NCBI RefSeq assembly: GCF_006345805.1
Contig: NC_043007.1
Coordinates: 50,220,001 to 50,284,000, forward strand
Direction of reading: 5' to 3'
Origin: Octopus sinensis
Taxonomy: Eukaryota
DNA: 64,000 bases
Shown here one piece after another: positions 1 to 13,389 of this stretch. The notes under the pieces are model-generated. The model was not told where the DNA came from. It saw only the letters and a list, made by a program, of their open reading frames with translations, and ran no database searches. The position numbers and the translations under genes are program-made. The stretch's first letter is position 1, and each line of letters opens with the position of its first letter.

Positions 1-49
1 GAATTTCTTAAAATAACTGTCAATATTGAATTAAGGTACAAGGGATCAA

Positions 50-253
50 GCTGGCAGAATCTTTAGCACTCTGGGCAAAGATGTTAAGCGGCATTTCGTC
101 CGTCATTACGTTCTGTGTTCAAATTCTGCCAAGGTCGACTTTGCATTCCATACTTTCAGGGTCGATAAAATAAGTATCAGTTGAGCACTGGGGTCGATGT
201 AATCAACTTAACCCCTCCACCGAAATTGCTGGCCTTGTGCTAAAATTTGAAAC
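50..253 (+). mobile_element. tRNA-derived SINE, family A (octopus OK/OR-type)
   Basis: Head AGCTGGCAGAATC (A-box-like), GTTCAAATTC B-box, GTCGACTTTGC..CTTTC..GGGTCGATAAA body, GCTGGCCTTGTGC.AAATTTGAAAC tail; same sequence recurs more than 15 times in the window. Confidence 0.85.
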
Positions 254-274
254 GAACATTGAGCTAAATTTTAA

Positions 275-487
275 GGCGGCGAGCTGGTAGAATCGTTAGC
301 ACACTGGACAAAATACTTAGCGGCTTTTCGTCCATCTTTACATTCTGAGTTCAAAATTCGGCGTGGTCGACTTTGCCTTTCATCCTGTCGGAGGTCGATA
401 AAATAGGTAGCAGTTGAACACTGGGATCGATTTAATGGACTTATCTCTGCCCCCGAAATTGCTGGCCTTGTGCCAAAATTTGAAATA
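275..487 (+). mobile_element. tRNA-derived SINE, family A (tandem second copy)
   Basis: GGCGGCGAGCTGGTAGAATCGTTAGCAC head, B-box GAGTTCAAA, same body and tail as 50-253. Confidence 0.85.
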
Positions 488-1825
488 AATACTAAACTGA
501 GATTTGGAACAAATTACCATGAAATTTCGATGAAAGGTTTTAATTTAGATCTCTTTAACGATTTATGACTATATTGTTGACAATGTAATTAAAATAAGGC
601 ACTCCAAGATATGTTACAATATTAATTAAGGTGCATTACCATATGAAAGACTGTATACGGGTGAATTTCTTGTACATCATTTCTGTAGGTTGAGTTCAAA
701 CCTGTGGCAAGCGTTTCATTCATGCACTCCCATTGTACGTGTTTCAATAGAATATGTGGTATCATGTAACCGGCCATCATCTGGGAATGTTATTGCAATA
801 AACTAGGGTTTAATCTAAATATTCATTTCTTATCCGCTTCTATGACTGAAACAGGATCTAAGCGTCGATTAACGGAGAACATGTAGAACTTCAGCGACGT
901 CTGATTACTTTTTTACAAAATTCCAGACAAGCAAGAAGTCATGATAAACTATTTCCCCTTCGTTATCAAACTGTTGCATTCGTCCATATCGCTTCCAATA
1001 CTTGGTGCAGTACCGGGATGCAAGATTACTGTGTGAAGTTAGATAATTCTTAGTTGTGATAAACAATTAGTAATAATATCAATACAACCATAACGAAAAT
1101 ATTTTAAATTGCAAAATTGTTTTTCATTCACTAATACTAAATATATCACTAAAGAATCCAAAGTCGACCATTTTTGCGTTGACAGAAATTTTGTTTCTGT
1201 ATTTCAAAACATTATGGAGGAGACAAAAGAGAGAAGAAACAGTGTTTCAAATGCTAAAGTAACCCAGAGTCAGTGTCTTCACAGAAATAGCAAAATCACT
1301 AAAATACTTTTCTTTAAAATACTTAATCTTTCGTTTCCTTTGTTCTGATAGGAAAAACTGTCGAGTCGAGACTAATTTTGTCTTTATACCTTAAATTGCG
1401 GGAAAGAGTTGTATAAATGTATGCCAAATGGTCGAAAACAAAAATATCTTTTCACTAAGGATAACTTCTATACTTATTTTCAATTTAAATAAGTACAAAA
1501 CGTACAATAATTGAGAGTCTCATGCACTATAAAATTTACAATCTCGTTGCTGGAAAGCGCCATAAAATATTCGCTTGCCTTTGATGAAGGCTGTATCCTT
1601 GCAAAACTTATGAAACACCGTTTGATGATGTCTACCGTATAAAAGTTTATCTCTCTGTAGTCGTTAAATAATTACCAGTAATATATCTCGGTCAGTTTGA
1701 CAGATCGCTTATAATACTTCCCCATTAAGATTAGAAAGTACGTCTGTTCCACAGATATTTTAGAAAGTTATTCTGGAAAACGTGTTTGTAATCAAAGTGT
1801 TTTAATAATACAAGCAACCTAAAAG

Positions 1826-1957
1826 ATGGCGAGCTGGCAGAATCGCTAACACCCCGGACAAAATGCTAAGCGGAATTTCGGCGTTCCTTACATTCTGAGT
1901 TCAAATTCCGCCAAGGTCGACTTTGCCTTTCATTGCTGGCCATGTACCAAAAATTTG
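1826..1957 (+). mobile_element. SINE family A, internally deleted
   Basis: GGCGAGCTGGCAGAATCG head and B-box joined directly to the GCTGGCC..AAAATTTGA tail. Confidence 0.8.
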
Positions 1958-2182
1958 AGAACAGTATTACAAACGACGTCAACGATGAAGATAACAGCTG
2001 GAAGAGTTTAGTAATGATCCACTAACTTCACGAAACGTCAAATGGAAAAACACTTCAACTCAGAATGGAAAGAACAGTGAGGAAATGTAGGAATATGATA
2101 GTGAATATAGTAATATAGAGACGTTAAATCATAACTGATGTCTTGGTAGGGCTGTTTTTAAATGCTATACTGTACTAAAAAA

Positions 2183-2330
2183 GACGCGTAGCCCCATGAT
2201 GAAGATGCTGGTCTCATAATCATAAGGTCGTATGTTCGACACCTGTGCATTGTATCGTGCCCTTGTGCAAAACAATTTATTTCATGCGGCCCCAGTTTAC
2301 TTAAGTGTTAAATGTGTACTAACTTAGTTC
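2183..2330 (+). mobile_element. Degenerate CORE-type SINE
   Basis: tRNA-like head with GTTCGACACC, then GTGCCCTTGTGCAAAACAATTTATTTCATGCGGCCCCAGT resembling the CORE/V central domain; related fragment at about 33775-33860. Confidence 0.45.
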
Positions 2331-2499
2331 TTTTCTCCTACTACTGACTTTCACATCTTAACTGCTCAGGTGTGTTAAGTGGGAGAGGGTTTCAATACCT
2401 GCTCGCAACTACATAACAAAAGAATGTACATGCGTGGCACAAGTCCTAATTGGTTGCGAGTGACAGCCACCGTACGATAGAATTGTCTAGAAATGCTTC

Positions 2500-3110
2500 A
2501 GTCAACATCCTATGTTCATGCCACTTCTCCGTCCCTTAAATTCAAACTTCACTAAACTCCTAATGGACTCATTTACCAAAACAGTTACGTTTGCATTTAT
2601 ACTGTCACTGTGCTGGCTTACTGCATTCACTCAGAAGATAATTAATACGTTCATTCTCTTTTTCACACATTATTTCCCACCCCCGCTTTCTGACAATTTT
2701 ATTAATCTTTGTCTTTATAAACTTCGTCCTAGTAACTTGTCTCTCACAACCACTGTTCTCCAATTCCAGCATTCTTCGAGTGTTACATTGATTAATTGAT
2801 CATTAATTATTTTATAGCTGACCAGAAATGTTCTTTCGACTACTTATCCTGCTGATCTTCTTTCTATTGTTAAAATCTCTGAATTTTAATGTTTTTTTCT
2901 CTTTGAAACAGATAGTATATAGATAATATAACTTCAATATGCATAATGTAGTTTTTCAAGCGCAAACACAGCACCGATAGCATCCTCTACATTTAACAAA
3001 CCTGAGCCACCTTTCACGTTTAGTAAATAGAACCTGTCAACATTAATGTTATGGAGGTGAAAATTATGCATTCTGAAAAGCTCCTTGCTGTTCTCACTAG
3101 AGCGTAGATT
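2500..3110 (-). pseudogene. Decayed R4/Dong-clade non-LTR retrotransposon fragment (RT C-terminus plus CCHC knuckle)
   Basis: Minus translations NVDRFYLLNVKGGSGLLNVED (cf. R4/Dong RLYLPRKxGGRGL) at about 2975-3050 and CEKENERINYLLSECSKPAQ*QYKCKRNCFGK*VH*...KWHEH (cf. CxxC-ETVxHIVSECxKLAQxEYKxRH...WYEH) at about 2510-2670; several stops. Confidence 0.7.
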
Positions 3111-3308
3111 TTCTTCTTCTTCTTCTTCTTCTTCTTCTTCTTCTTCTTCTTCTTCTTCTTCTTCTTCTTCTTCTTCTTCTTCTTCTTCTTCTTCTTCTTC
3201 TTCTTCTTCTTCTTCTTCTTCTTCTTCTCTTCTTCTTCTTCTTCTTCTTCTTCTTCTTCTTCTTCTTCTTCTTCTTCTTCTTCTTCTTCTTCTTCTTCTT
3301 CTTCTTCT
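3111..3308. repeat. (CTT)n microsatellite, about 66 units
   Basis: Direct reading; source of the poly-E/R/S/L ORFs in the track. Confidence 0.98.
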
Positions 3309-3664
3309 AACTACTAACAACAATACTGCAACAATAACATGAAGAATCAAGAGAGCACGTCTCAAATAACATGAAATTTGTATTTTCCTGTTATTCTAAA
3401 TATAATAATCACTAGCTGATGTTGTGGGAATCATATTGTACACAACAGATTTCTGTTCTCTACAAAATAATTGTTCGCAATCATCCATCATTTCTTCACG
3501 ATGCTAGTAACACTTGAAACCACAAACACGTCGGTGTGGTCTTGCTTTTGCTTGGGGACCAAAAGATTACACTATTCATGCACACACACGTGTGTGTATA
3601 CATACATGCTTACACACACACACATATATATATGTATATTTATATTTATGTATATGTATATATA

Positions 3665-3700
<36 letters not shown>

Positions 3701-3737
3701 CATACATATGTATAAATATATATATATTCATACATAC

Positions 3738-3769
<32 letters not shown>

Positions 3770-4075
3770 TCATACCTACATATGTATATATATATATATA
3801 TATATATGAATTTTATATATCGCGTAACATAAGATCCTAAAAATTGCCGTAAAAACACAAACGGCATTTCTTTTTTCAGTACAGCAAAGAAAGCAATTAT
3901 TCAAAAATACTGCACACAAAAAAAAAAAAGATAAAAGAACATACAAAAAGAAATGAAAAGGAGAAAAAATTGTTGGAAGCAAATGTTTGCAGAGAAAAAT
4001 ATACGCAAAAATCAAGGTTGGCTTTCAAAATATTTCACAGGAAATAACACAAATATCTATCTATCTATCTATCTG

Positions 4076-4160
<85 letters not shown>

Positions 4161-4198
4161 ATCTACGTTTGTGCGGGTATCCATATATATATATGTGT

Positions 4199-4239
<41 letters not shown>

Positions 4240-4685
4240 GAGGGAATATTATTCCAAACTTACAGGGAAAAATTCAATTTAGAAATACTAAATCAAATTT
4301 CACAAGATATATTATATATATATAAATTAGAAAAAAACACCTTTTATCAAATCAAAATGAAAAATTAAATTACACCATCTAGAAAATTACATATAATAGA
4401 AAGATTAAATATACGATAAAAAATATAACGATGATTAAGTAATGTGCTAAATAATAAATAAAACGTATATATTTGGTAGAATAACGACACGAGTTTCGAG
4501 GCTATATTTAAGAAATGATTATAATAAACATATTAGTAGTAGTTGTAGTAAAATCACTTCAATATAAATATAGCCACTCATCAGGTTAAATATATATACA
4601 ATAATGATAAAATAATTAATTAATAAATAAACGTAAATAATCTTTTAAAAAATAAATATGTTCTTTAAAATATCTATCTACCTAT

Positions 4686-4732
<47 letters not shown>

Positions 4733-5030
4733 GAGATACAAAATATACCAAAATGAAAACTAAATACAACAATTTAAACTATATACATTAAATTAAATTA
4801 TTCATTAAGATATTTATTTAATAAACATCCAAATAAAGTCTAATACCCATTAAGCAATAAAAACTAAAAACCTTAATATTAATTAATATACACATGCTAG
4901 ACAAGACATAAATACTGGAATCAAAAATAAAAAATGGTTCAAATATAGAACACATCCATTATATAATATATAATATAATATATATATAAATATTATATTA
5001 TATATATTATATATAATATATATATATATA

Positions 5031-5703
5031 TTAACAATTAAGGAACGGCCATAATAGGCCATTCACCCACTAGAAATAACAGCCCAGCTTCTACCGCAAA
5101 TAAAGATTAATTCTGTAAACAGGAGGAGAAAATTAAAAAAACATTTACCCTGTAATTTCTTATGTACGGTATACCGTTTCATCCGCTGTTTAAGGTGGTA
5201 AACTAACCTGATTAAATTAAATCAAGCCAATCTTCCATAAGCCCTCGGATTCTTCAGCAAGAAATAGCTCAGGTCGGAACAGATATATACACGAGGCATA
5301 CCCAATCTTGCCAAGTCAATATCTGACCTAAAATTTTCAAATCGTCGCACTCGCGCCAAATTTATCGGCAGCAAATAAATCACCGCCTCGATTCCATTAC
5401 GAATTAACCAAAAAATTCATAATTAATCAATATAGGGTGTGCAAGGAAAATTTTGTAGAATTTTATTGCCACCAGCGGCCCAGCGGGAAAAAAATTAAAT
5501 ATTCATAGACCATTTTTAAGTTCAACATTAACAATTAAGGAACGGCATAATAGGCCATTCACCCAGTGGGTGAATGGCCTATTATGGCCGTTCCTTAATT
5601 GTTAATGTTGAACTTAAAATGGTCTATGACTATTTAATTTTTTTCCCGCTGGCCGCTGGTGGCAATAAAATTCTACAAAATTTTCCTTGCCACCCTATAT
5701 TGA

Positions 5704-5711
<8 letters not shown>
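5031..5711 (-). mobile_element. Non-autonomous hammerhead-bearing element: 497-bp monomer, about 40-bp terminal duplication, about 146-bp fold-back
   Basis: TTAACAATTAAGGAACGG(C)CATAATAGGCCATTCACCCA at 5031 and 5528; palindrome centred on 5566; (TA)n on both flanks; contains the ribozyme at 5155-5265. Confidence 0.75.
5155..5265 (-). ncRNA. Type I hammerhead ribozyme, canonical core
   Basis: Minus strand reads ATTTCTTG-CTGAAGA-ATCCG-(60 nt)-CGGAT-GAAA-CGG-TATA-CCG-TA-CATAAGAAAT. Stem II 5 bp, stem III 3 bp plus tetraloop, GUA cleavage triplet, stem I 8 bp with a 2-nt bulge (hand folded). Confidence 0.8.
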
Positions 5712-5745
<34 letters not shown>

Positions 5746-6129
5746 GTATATGAACTATAGATCTATATATCTGTCTGCTTATGCAGTGCAATATAGCTAT
5801 CTTGTAAACTATACACACATACAAATTCATGAGCATACACGCACGCACACGAACACATACACACTCACGCACACACAAGCATACACATGCACACACACAC
5901 ACATTTATATATATATATATATATATGAATCACCACGGAATCCACAGTAAAGTTTCACGTCTCGTCTGTGGATACGTATACGGAATGTCTGTAAAATGTA
6001 TGGATAATGTAGGAAAACATCTACGAATGGAAAATGAGACTGCATGTGTATAATTCCAGTCGCATATCCAACTGGTGATAAATTTAGTAATGTCGTCAGG
6101 TATTGCAGCAGGAATATATACGTACATAC

Positions 6130-6189
<60 letters not shown>

Positions 6190-6193
<4 letters not shown>

Positions 6194-6605
6194 CTTTACT
6201 ACCCACAAGAGGCTAAACATAGAGGGGACAAACAAGGACAGACAAAGAGATTAAGTTGATTACATCGACCCCAGTGCATAACTGGTACTTTATTTATTGA
6301 CCCCGAAAGGATGAAAGGCAAAGTCGACCTCGGCGGAATTTGAACTCAGAACGTAGAAGCAGACGAAATACCTATTTCTTTATTACCCACAAGGGGCTAA
6401 ACATAGAGGGTACAAACAAGGACAGACATAGGTATTAAGTCGATTACATCGACCCCAGTGCGTAACTGGTACTTAATTTATCGACCCCGAAAGGATGAAA
6501 GGCAAAGTCGACCTCGGCGGAATTTGAAATCAGAACGTAGCGGCAGACGAAATACCGCTAAGCATTTCGTCCGGCGCGCTAACGTTTCTGCCAATTCACC
6601 GCCCT
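6190..6605 (-). mobile_element. Two tandem SINE family A copies (one 5'-truncated, one full length)
   Basis: Reverse complement of the family A head ends at about 6603; TTTCTTTA.TACCCACAAG tail at 6190 and 6375. Confidence 0.85.
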
Positions 6606-6703
6606 ATATATATATATGTATGTATGTTCTATGTGTGTGTGTATGTATGTAGGTATGTATGTATGTATGTATGTATGTATGTATGTATGTATGTATGTAT
6701 AAT

Positions 6704-6752
<49 letters not shown>

Positions 6753-6969
6753 GTGTATATATGCTAAATTCTATAATTATAAGCAGAATTATAATTAGGG
6801 TTCAGCAAAAATTGCTTAACCATATAGCGAAATTTAGAAATAGGAGTAAAATGCTATTCCACTACCATAAGATATCTCCCAGACAGTAATACTCTCAACT
6901 CACGCAGGTAAAGTGAAAAAATAACGAATCCATCCGGCTTTGATTATATATATATATAGTGTGTCGACA

Positions 6970-7462
6970 TGCTAACCATTGAAGAGCGTACGCTTTTAGT
7001 TAAATGGGTGTTTTGAGCTCGAAACAAATACACGGATACTTATGAACAGAAATTCAGTGAAACTTTTTCAAATACTGTTGTTCCACATCGTGGCACTGTG
7101 CAGGATTTGATAAGAAAATTTAGAAACACAGGCTCAGTGGAAGATGCAGCAGGAAGCGGTAGGCCTACTGTTCTTTCAGACGAAAAATTCTCCAATATTT
7201 CTGATAAACTGTTAGCAAGCCCCGTCAAAGTCCTTACCCAAGTTGTCACAGGAAACGGAAATTAGCCTTGGAAGAGTTCATACGGCAGTAAGAAAGAAAT
7301 TAAATTTTATGTATTGAAAATGAAGGAAGGCACTTTCAACAACTCTTATAAAGTTTTTTAAAGTCTTGTAAAATATATGTTCTTTTGTTGTCTTATACCA
7401 TCTTATAAATATTTATTTTGCAATATAATACTCAGTATTGAGAGACTTTTTGAACACCTTGT
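6970..7462 (+). mobile_element. Internally deleted Tc1/mariner-superfamily transposon
   Basis: MLTIEERTLLVKWVF*...HRGTVQDLIRKFRNTGSVEDAAGSGRP (N-terminal HTH) fused to a C-terminal (C)IENEGRHFQQLL*; terminal GAGACTTTTTGAACACCTTG. Confidence 0.7.
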
Positions 7463-7896
7463 GTGTGTGTATATGTGTGTGTGTGTGCACTGAACACATA
7501 CCCCTGTGTATCTTTTCTATCAACCTTACCTCATCCCTTTATAAGATAAATGTTAATTCTTTAATTTATTCTTAAATCTTAACCTAGTAAATGTCCTAAT
7601 ATTTAATTCTAACTTATCCTTAATAATTTAGCATTCAACTGATTCTCCATTCACATATAACTACACACCCGTACCCCCATTGCTAAAACATTTCTACAGC
7701 CACTAACCTTAACCATAAAGTGGCCACAAGCACTTACTACTAGATTTCCTCTCTAGCCCCTACAGACTAGAAGAATACCATTTGCACCTACTATTCTCTT
7801 TGAATTCCTTTCATTTTACTTTATTTTGTTTTTTAACGTTATCTTCCTTTACCTCTTCCTCATCCCCCTCTTCACTCCTTATTTATATCCTATATA

Positions 7897-7931
<35 letters not shown>

Positions 7932-8870
7932 ACACACACACACACATATATATATATATCCTTATATATTTATGTATTTATCTTCTTGGTTATTTTTGTA
8001 CACTATATCTTATACATTATATACCTATTTTATCCTTAACGTCAATCCTTAATTATCTCCCCAACTCTCTCTACCTCACTTTCTAATTATTTATTTTTCT
8101 TTCTTTTTACCATTTAATAGCCACAGCCGCTACCATTCTGTTATTGAACATTGATACGTTCGCATCTATTTCTGGATATTTACACTATTAGGACTTTAAC
8201 CTACATGTATTTACATAGGATTGCACCTAAGGACGTGCGGATTTCTACATGATCGGAAAGTTGAACTGTGATCTTTTATGCTTCTTTTTTCTTCTCTTTC
8301 TTCATCTCTTTATTCCTTTACTCCTGCCCTCTGTGTCGTCGTTTCATTAAGCTATACCTTTCTCATTTTCTCTAGAGTTACAGCAAATAATAGTATCATC
8401 TAACCATTACTTATTTACCAATTATTAACCTGATTCTATTCACATTATCCATTGCCCACTAAAACAACTTATGACCCCCTGGCCCAGGTTTATACCAATA
8501 CTAGACATGTCTGCTGAGATGATTCGCAAACGCAACGCCTGATAATCTAATGGTATATCTTTTCTACCCCTCTGAAGATATTTTGTCTAATATAATGATT
8601 TAATTATTACTATTTAATTTTTTTAGGATTAATTGAAACAGTTCTAAGTGAATATGTTGGATTTTTACAGATAATAAATCATATTAATGCAATATCTCCA
8701 TTTTCTTAATTTTCCTTTGAATATTTATAAACCAAGATTTATATTTAGACCTATTATTTTAGGAATATTATTCTTCACAAAAAATACTAGGCAATGAACC
8801 AGTAGTCCCTTGGATATTACTATCCCTTAATGAGGATTTTTTTAACCTCTAATTGTATATATATATATAC

Positions 8871-8905
<35 letters not shown>

Positions 8906-8939
8906 TATATATTATATATATATATATTATATATATAGC

Positions 8940-11462
8940 CCCATTTTGAGTTTGATTCAAAGTCAAATGACTGATGACTAGCATCATGCTTGAAACTCAA
9001 GAGTTCCAACGAATTTGAATCAAAATCTTTTGATCCATAAATGTAACACCCAATATATTTGTTGAGTCCTCTTCTTTCGTTTCTCTACTCACTCGTATAT
9101 ATACCAGGAGTAAATATTCAGAATTGAATATTTATATAGATATTCATATTGCTATTATTATCGAAAGCAATATAAATAGTTCATAATAACAGCAACATTA
9201 ATATAGGTGGTTGCAGGCCTATAATAGCATTATACAGCCATAGAATTAAAATTATATCAATCATAAGGACGTACGCATGCGTCTACTTGTTAGAAATGAG
9301 AACTAATAACCTCATTTCTAACTTAAACAAATGTTTAGATGTTCACTGTATGGAACATTTAGAAATCTAAAAAGAGTCTTTAATTTGCTGTTTGTGCACT
9401 TTCACGCTTCTTATTAGTTTTAGGAATTTTGCAGGAGATTTCATCTTCATGCATTCTTCTAAAAGCAAACAACGCAGATCCATCATTTATGAAAAGCAGA
9501 ACTAGTTAAAAACTTTCAATGAACAGCAATAAGTACTTAGAAGAATACATAATGCCTCCGAAAATATAAGTAAGCTCGAACATTCCAAAACCCGTACAAA
9601 AGAAAACATTACCAAATGAAGAACAAAATGTATTAAAATGTCTACAGGAATTTTACTCTATAGTCATTAAAGAAGCTGACAAAGGAGGACAAGACCCATG
9701 AAAAATAAATGGTTTTAAAACAACTAAATGACCAATATTACTACAAAAATTAGAAATCAATGCCGATAAATAAACCATGAATAAAATTGGTAAATTAAAG
9801 AACAAATTGAAAAATGACTGAACGAAAAAGAGGTTGGGATTACCTCACTAATTTTAGATAAGAAATAAACAAATAACTTTTATGGGTTACTAAAAAACCC
9901 CATAAACAATCAATAACGGTTTAAAAGACCTCCATGCATTATTTAAAAATTCCTAAACTATTTGAACGTAAATTATGTTGTATTGTTGCAGGGCCAACAT
10001 CTAGCACCCAGTGAGTAAGCAATTTTCTTGACATAATATTGAAACGAATATGCAAATAGTTTCATCAAGGATGAAACGCAATTCCTAAACCAAGTCCTAG
10101 AAGAAGTAAATAAAGAGACGAACCTGGTTGGTTTCAGTATAACCAGTTTCTATACAAATATCCCCCAGAAATAAGGATTAAGGGTTCAGGAGAGATCCTC
10201 AAAACAGGCTATACTTGAAGGATTACAATTGTCTCTAGAAAAAAAGTACTTCTTTGATAATCGATATTATCTATAAATAGAAGGCATGGCAATGGGTATA
10301 CGATACTGGTAATGGGATTCCTGGAAAAAATACGCTACATGGAATCATATTTGATCAATATTTCCAGTCCTATTTAATAGGAAACTAGGAAAGATTCTTG
10401 GATCACTGCTTCATATTTCGGAACAAAAATATGGAGAGCATTCATAAATCGATCAGTTCACAATGAAAATGAATGAAACGTAACTTCTTTCCTGGACATT
10501 CTGATAATTAAAGAAAATGAGACAGTTATGACCGATAAGGACAGACACACATCACTATTTAGGTTTTAGATCTTGCCACCCTTCCTATGCAAAACGGATC
10601 ATACTATTCCATATGGCAAGACGTATGTGCACAATAGTTACTGATAGCAATAAATGACAGAAACGACTAATAGAACGAAGTATGTTCCTTCGAAAACAGA
10701 AATACCCCACAGAAGTTAATAGATCATGCCATAAAAAAAGCAAATGAAATACCGATTTGTACCCCACGGAGAAATACTCAGCTAAGTGGAAATGCAATTA
10801 TAAATACTTTATTTGTAGTCACCCATAATACTAGGAGTCACAACATCCTACATTCAGCCAAACGATACCTCTCAAATCTACATCAGTCATCAAATCTCCG
10901 ACAAATAATTAAAAAAATCACAAATCAAAAATTACAAACACCTGAAGACAAACACCAAATCTCAAGAGACTTCTAACAAAGGCGAGATTCACATCGGAGA
11001 AAGAAGCACTACAAGTAATAAACTGTGGTGACCTTCGTTGTGGGACATATGAAATAAGTGAGCAAGGAACAAACAAAAATTTCAAGAATGGGAATCTAAG
11101 CATGAATTGCAACAAAAAATCTTATCTACACAGTGCAACGAGAACTACATTGGGGAAACAGGGACAAAACTAACCAGTCGTGTAAACGTGCATAAGCAAC
11201 AAACTAAAGATTCAATCACTTAGGAATTTCAAGGTTGGTAAGCATCTAAACATTTGTGCAAATGGAAAATTTGAAATATCCTTTTTTCCAAACAAAATGG
11301 CCATTTTACTTATTAGTTCGGGATACGTGTGTTACAAAAGTTAAAAAGGAACGTGCTCAAACACAAAATACACACTACGCCATATGCCCACGGGCATATA
11401 GCGTAGTGATTAAAAGCTTGGGCTACTAACACCAAAATTCCAAGTTCGATTCCAGGCAGTGA

Positions 11463-11549
<87 letters not shown>

Positions 11550-11730
11550 TAACAACAACAACAACAACAACAACAATGACATCGAAAAATACCTTAGGAA
11601 TGAGAATCCAGGTTCGAAATTTCCCCAAGACAACTGATGAAGGCTGAGGGGTATATCAGCCGAGACGCTGTATTAACAACAAACAAGATGAGTACAAATA
11701 TCCGTCAATTGTAAATAATGTAAATATTGT
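8940..11730 (+). mobile_element. Decayed Penelope-like retroelement (RT plus GIY-YIG) with terminal-repeat hammerhead relics
   Basis: Frameshifted motifs KEADKGG (about 9670), FSITSFYTNIP (about 10135), GMAMG (about 10285), RFLDHCFIF (about 10392), SFLDILI (about 10487), CGDLRCGT (about 11025), NYIGETGTKLTSRVNVHKQQ (about 11145); CTGATGA..GAAAC-like motifs at 8971 and 11634. Confidence 0.8.
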
Positions 11731-11894
11731 AAAATACACCCCATGTACGTAGTTCTACCAAAAAGATTAGTGGCATTCTGTTAAATAAAATAATTCTTTT
11801 TAATAGTTAGTAACTTTAAAAATCCTTCTCTAATTACATATATACATACATATATACATACATACATACATACATACATATACATATACATATA

Positions 11895-11977
<83 letters not shown>

Positions 11978-11989
11978 GGTATGTAGAAA

Positions 11990-12260
11990 AATACAACATG
12001 GACAAGAACGTATAACTCAAGAAGACGATACAATAAACACGGACAGGACATTCGAAACCCTCAGTCTTCAGTCAAGAACCGGATCATCGTAGTAATTTCG
12101 GCTGATTAATCTTGAGATTACTAGATCACGGCCAGCCCTCCAAGAAAAACTAAGCAACGAGCATTAGAAAAACTAAGCTGGGAGCGTAGATTTCCTGGAA
12201 GAAGGATCGAATGCATACGGACACCAGGACAGCAAAAGGGACAAATATAAAAAAACAAAA
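11990..12260 (-). mobile_element. PLE-type terminal-repeat fragment related to the 19826-21440 repeats
   Basis: Shares GCCGAAA..GATC..CGACTGAAGA..TTCGAATGTCC..GTTT with 20500 and 21300; flanked by (TA)n. Confidence 0.5.
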
Positions 12261-13044
12261 AAATAATGGAATATATATATATATATATATATAATGATAG
12301 ATAGATGGATATAGGCATATGTATGTATATATATATATATATATATATGCTTATATGTACATACACACTATATATATAAACGTATATATTACACACCTAC
12401 TTACGTATCCATCCTTTCAACAGTCTGCCTTCACACATCCTCTCCCTTATCTGTCTGTCTGCCTGTCTGTCTCTCCCTCTCTTTCTCTCTCTCCATCGTC
12501 CCCCCGTCCCATCATAACCCATATCTCCATTAACTGTTATTTCTTCACTTAGTCGTTGTCTCCCGTTTCCACATTTATCTCTGGTTAAATTGTCGGACAA
12601 GATAAAATTGTCTTGGATTTCGTCTTGAAACACACGTACACTAATGTGCGCGCACACACATACATGCACACACACACACACATACACATTAACACATACA
12701 CATGCTCACACATGAAAATATAAATAATTATAATTACAAATACAGTCGAAGCGACATTATATATGCATTCACGCAAGTCTGTGCTGTTATGTATCTGCAT
12801 GTATATAGATAGATAGCTATATTGGTATAATATTATATATAATATATATATATAATATATATATATATATAATATATATATGTGTGTGTATACATATATA
12901 TATATATATAATATATATAATAATATATATATATATATCTAAACATAATATATATATACACATACATCCGTACATATAAGCATACATACATATATACATA
13001 CATACATACGCTCTATGTACATATGCACATGTATATATATATAT

Positions 13045-13111
<67 letters not shown>

Positions 13112-13209
13112 GGATAAAACACATAAATTCTAGCAAAAACTGTCTGATGAACGGCAACGAGAAACTCAGAGTAGCAGATTTTGTTAATTTTCTGCTGCTT
13201 TAAATAAAG

Positions 13210-13316
<107 letters not shown>

Positions 13317-13389
13317 TATAAATAACATATGCATATATATATAACATATATGTACGTACCTACCTCTACATGTACATATACACGCATAT

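Noticed and set aside
520-2150. Repeat-poor island with protein-like stretches (plus INGEHVELQRRLITFLQNSR...; minus AKMVDFGF resembling a kinase DFG)
   Set aside because: Every frame has frequent stops and I recognise no consistent domain; the DFG lacks HRD/APE context. A tBLASTx search would be needed
4250-5000. Possible very old Penelope GIY-YIG remnant
   Set aside because: Extremely AT-rich and degenerate; only a vague TYIFGR..H similarity
11392-11465. tRNA gene
   Set aside because: Has A- and B-box-like motifs but no complete cloverleaf or acceptor stem; treated as a SINE-type head
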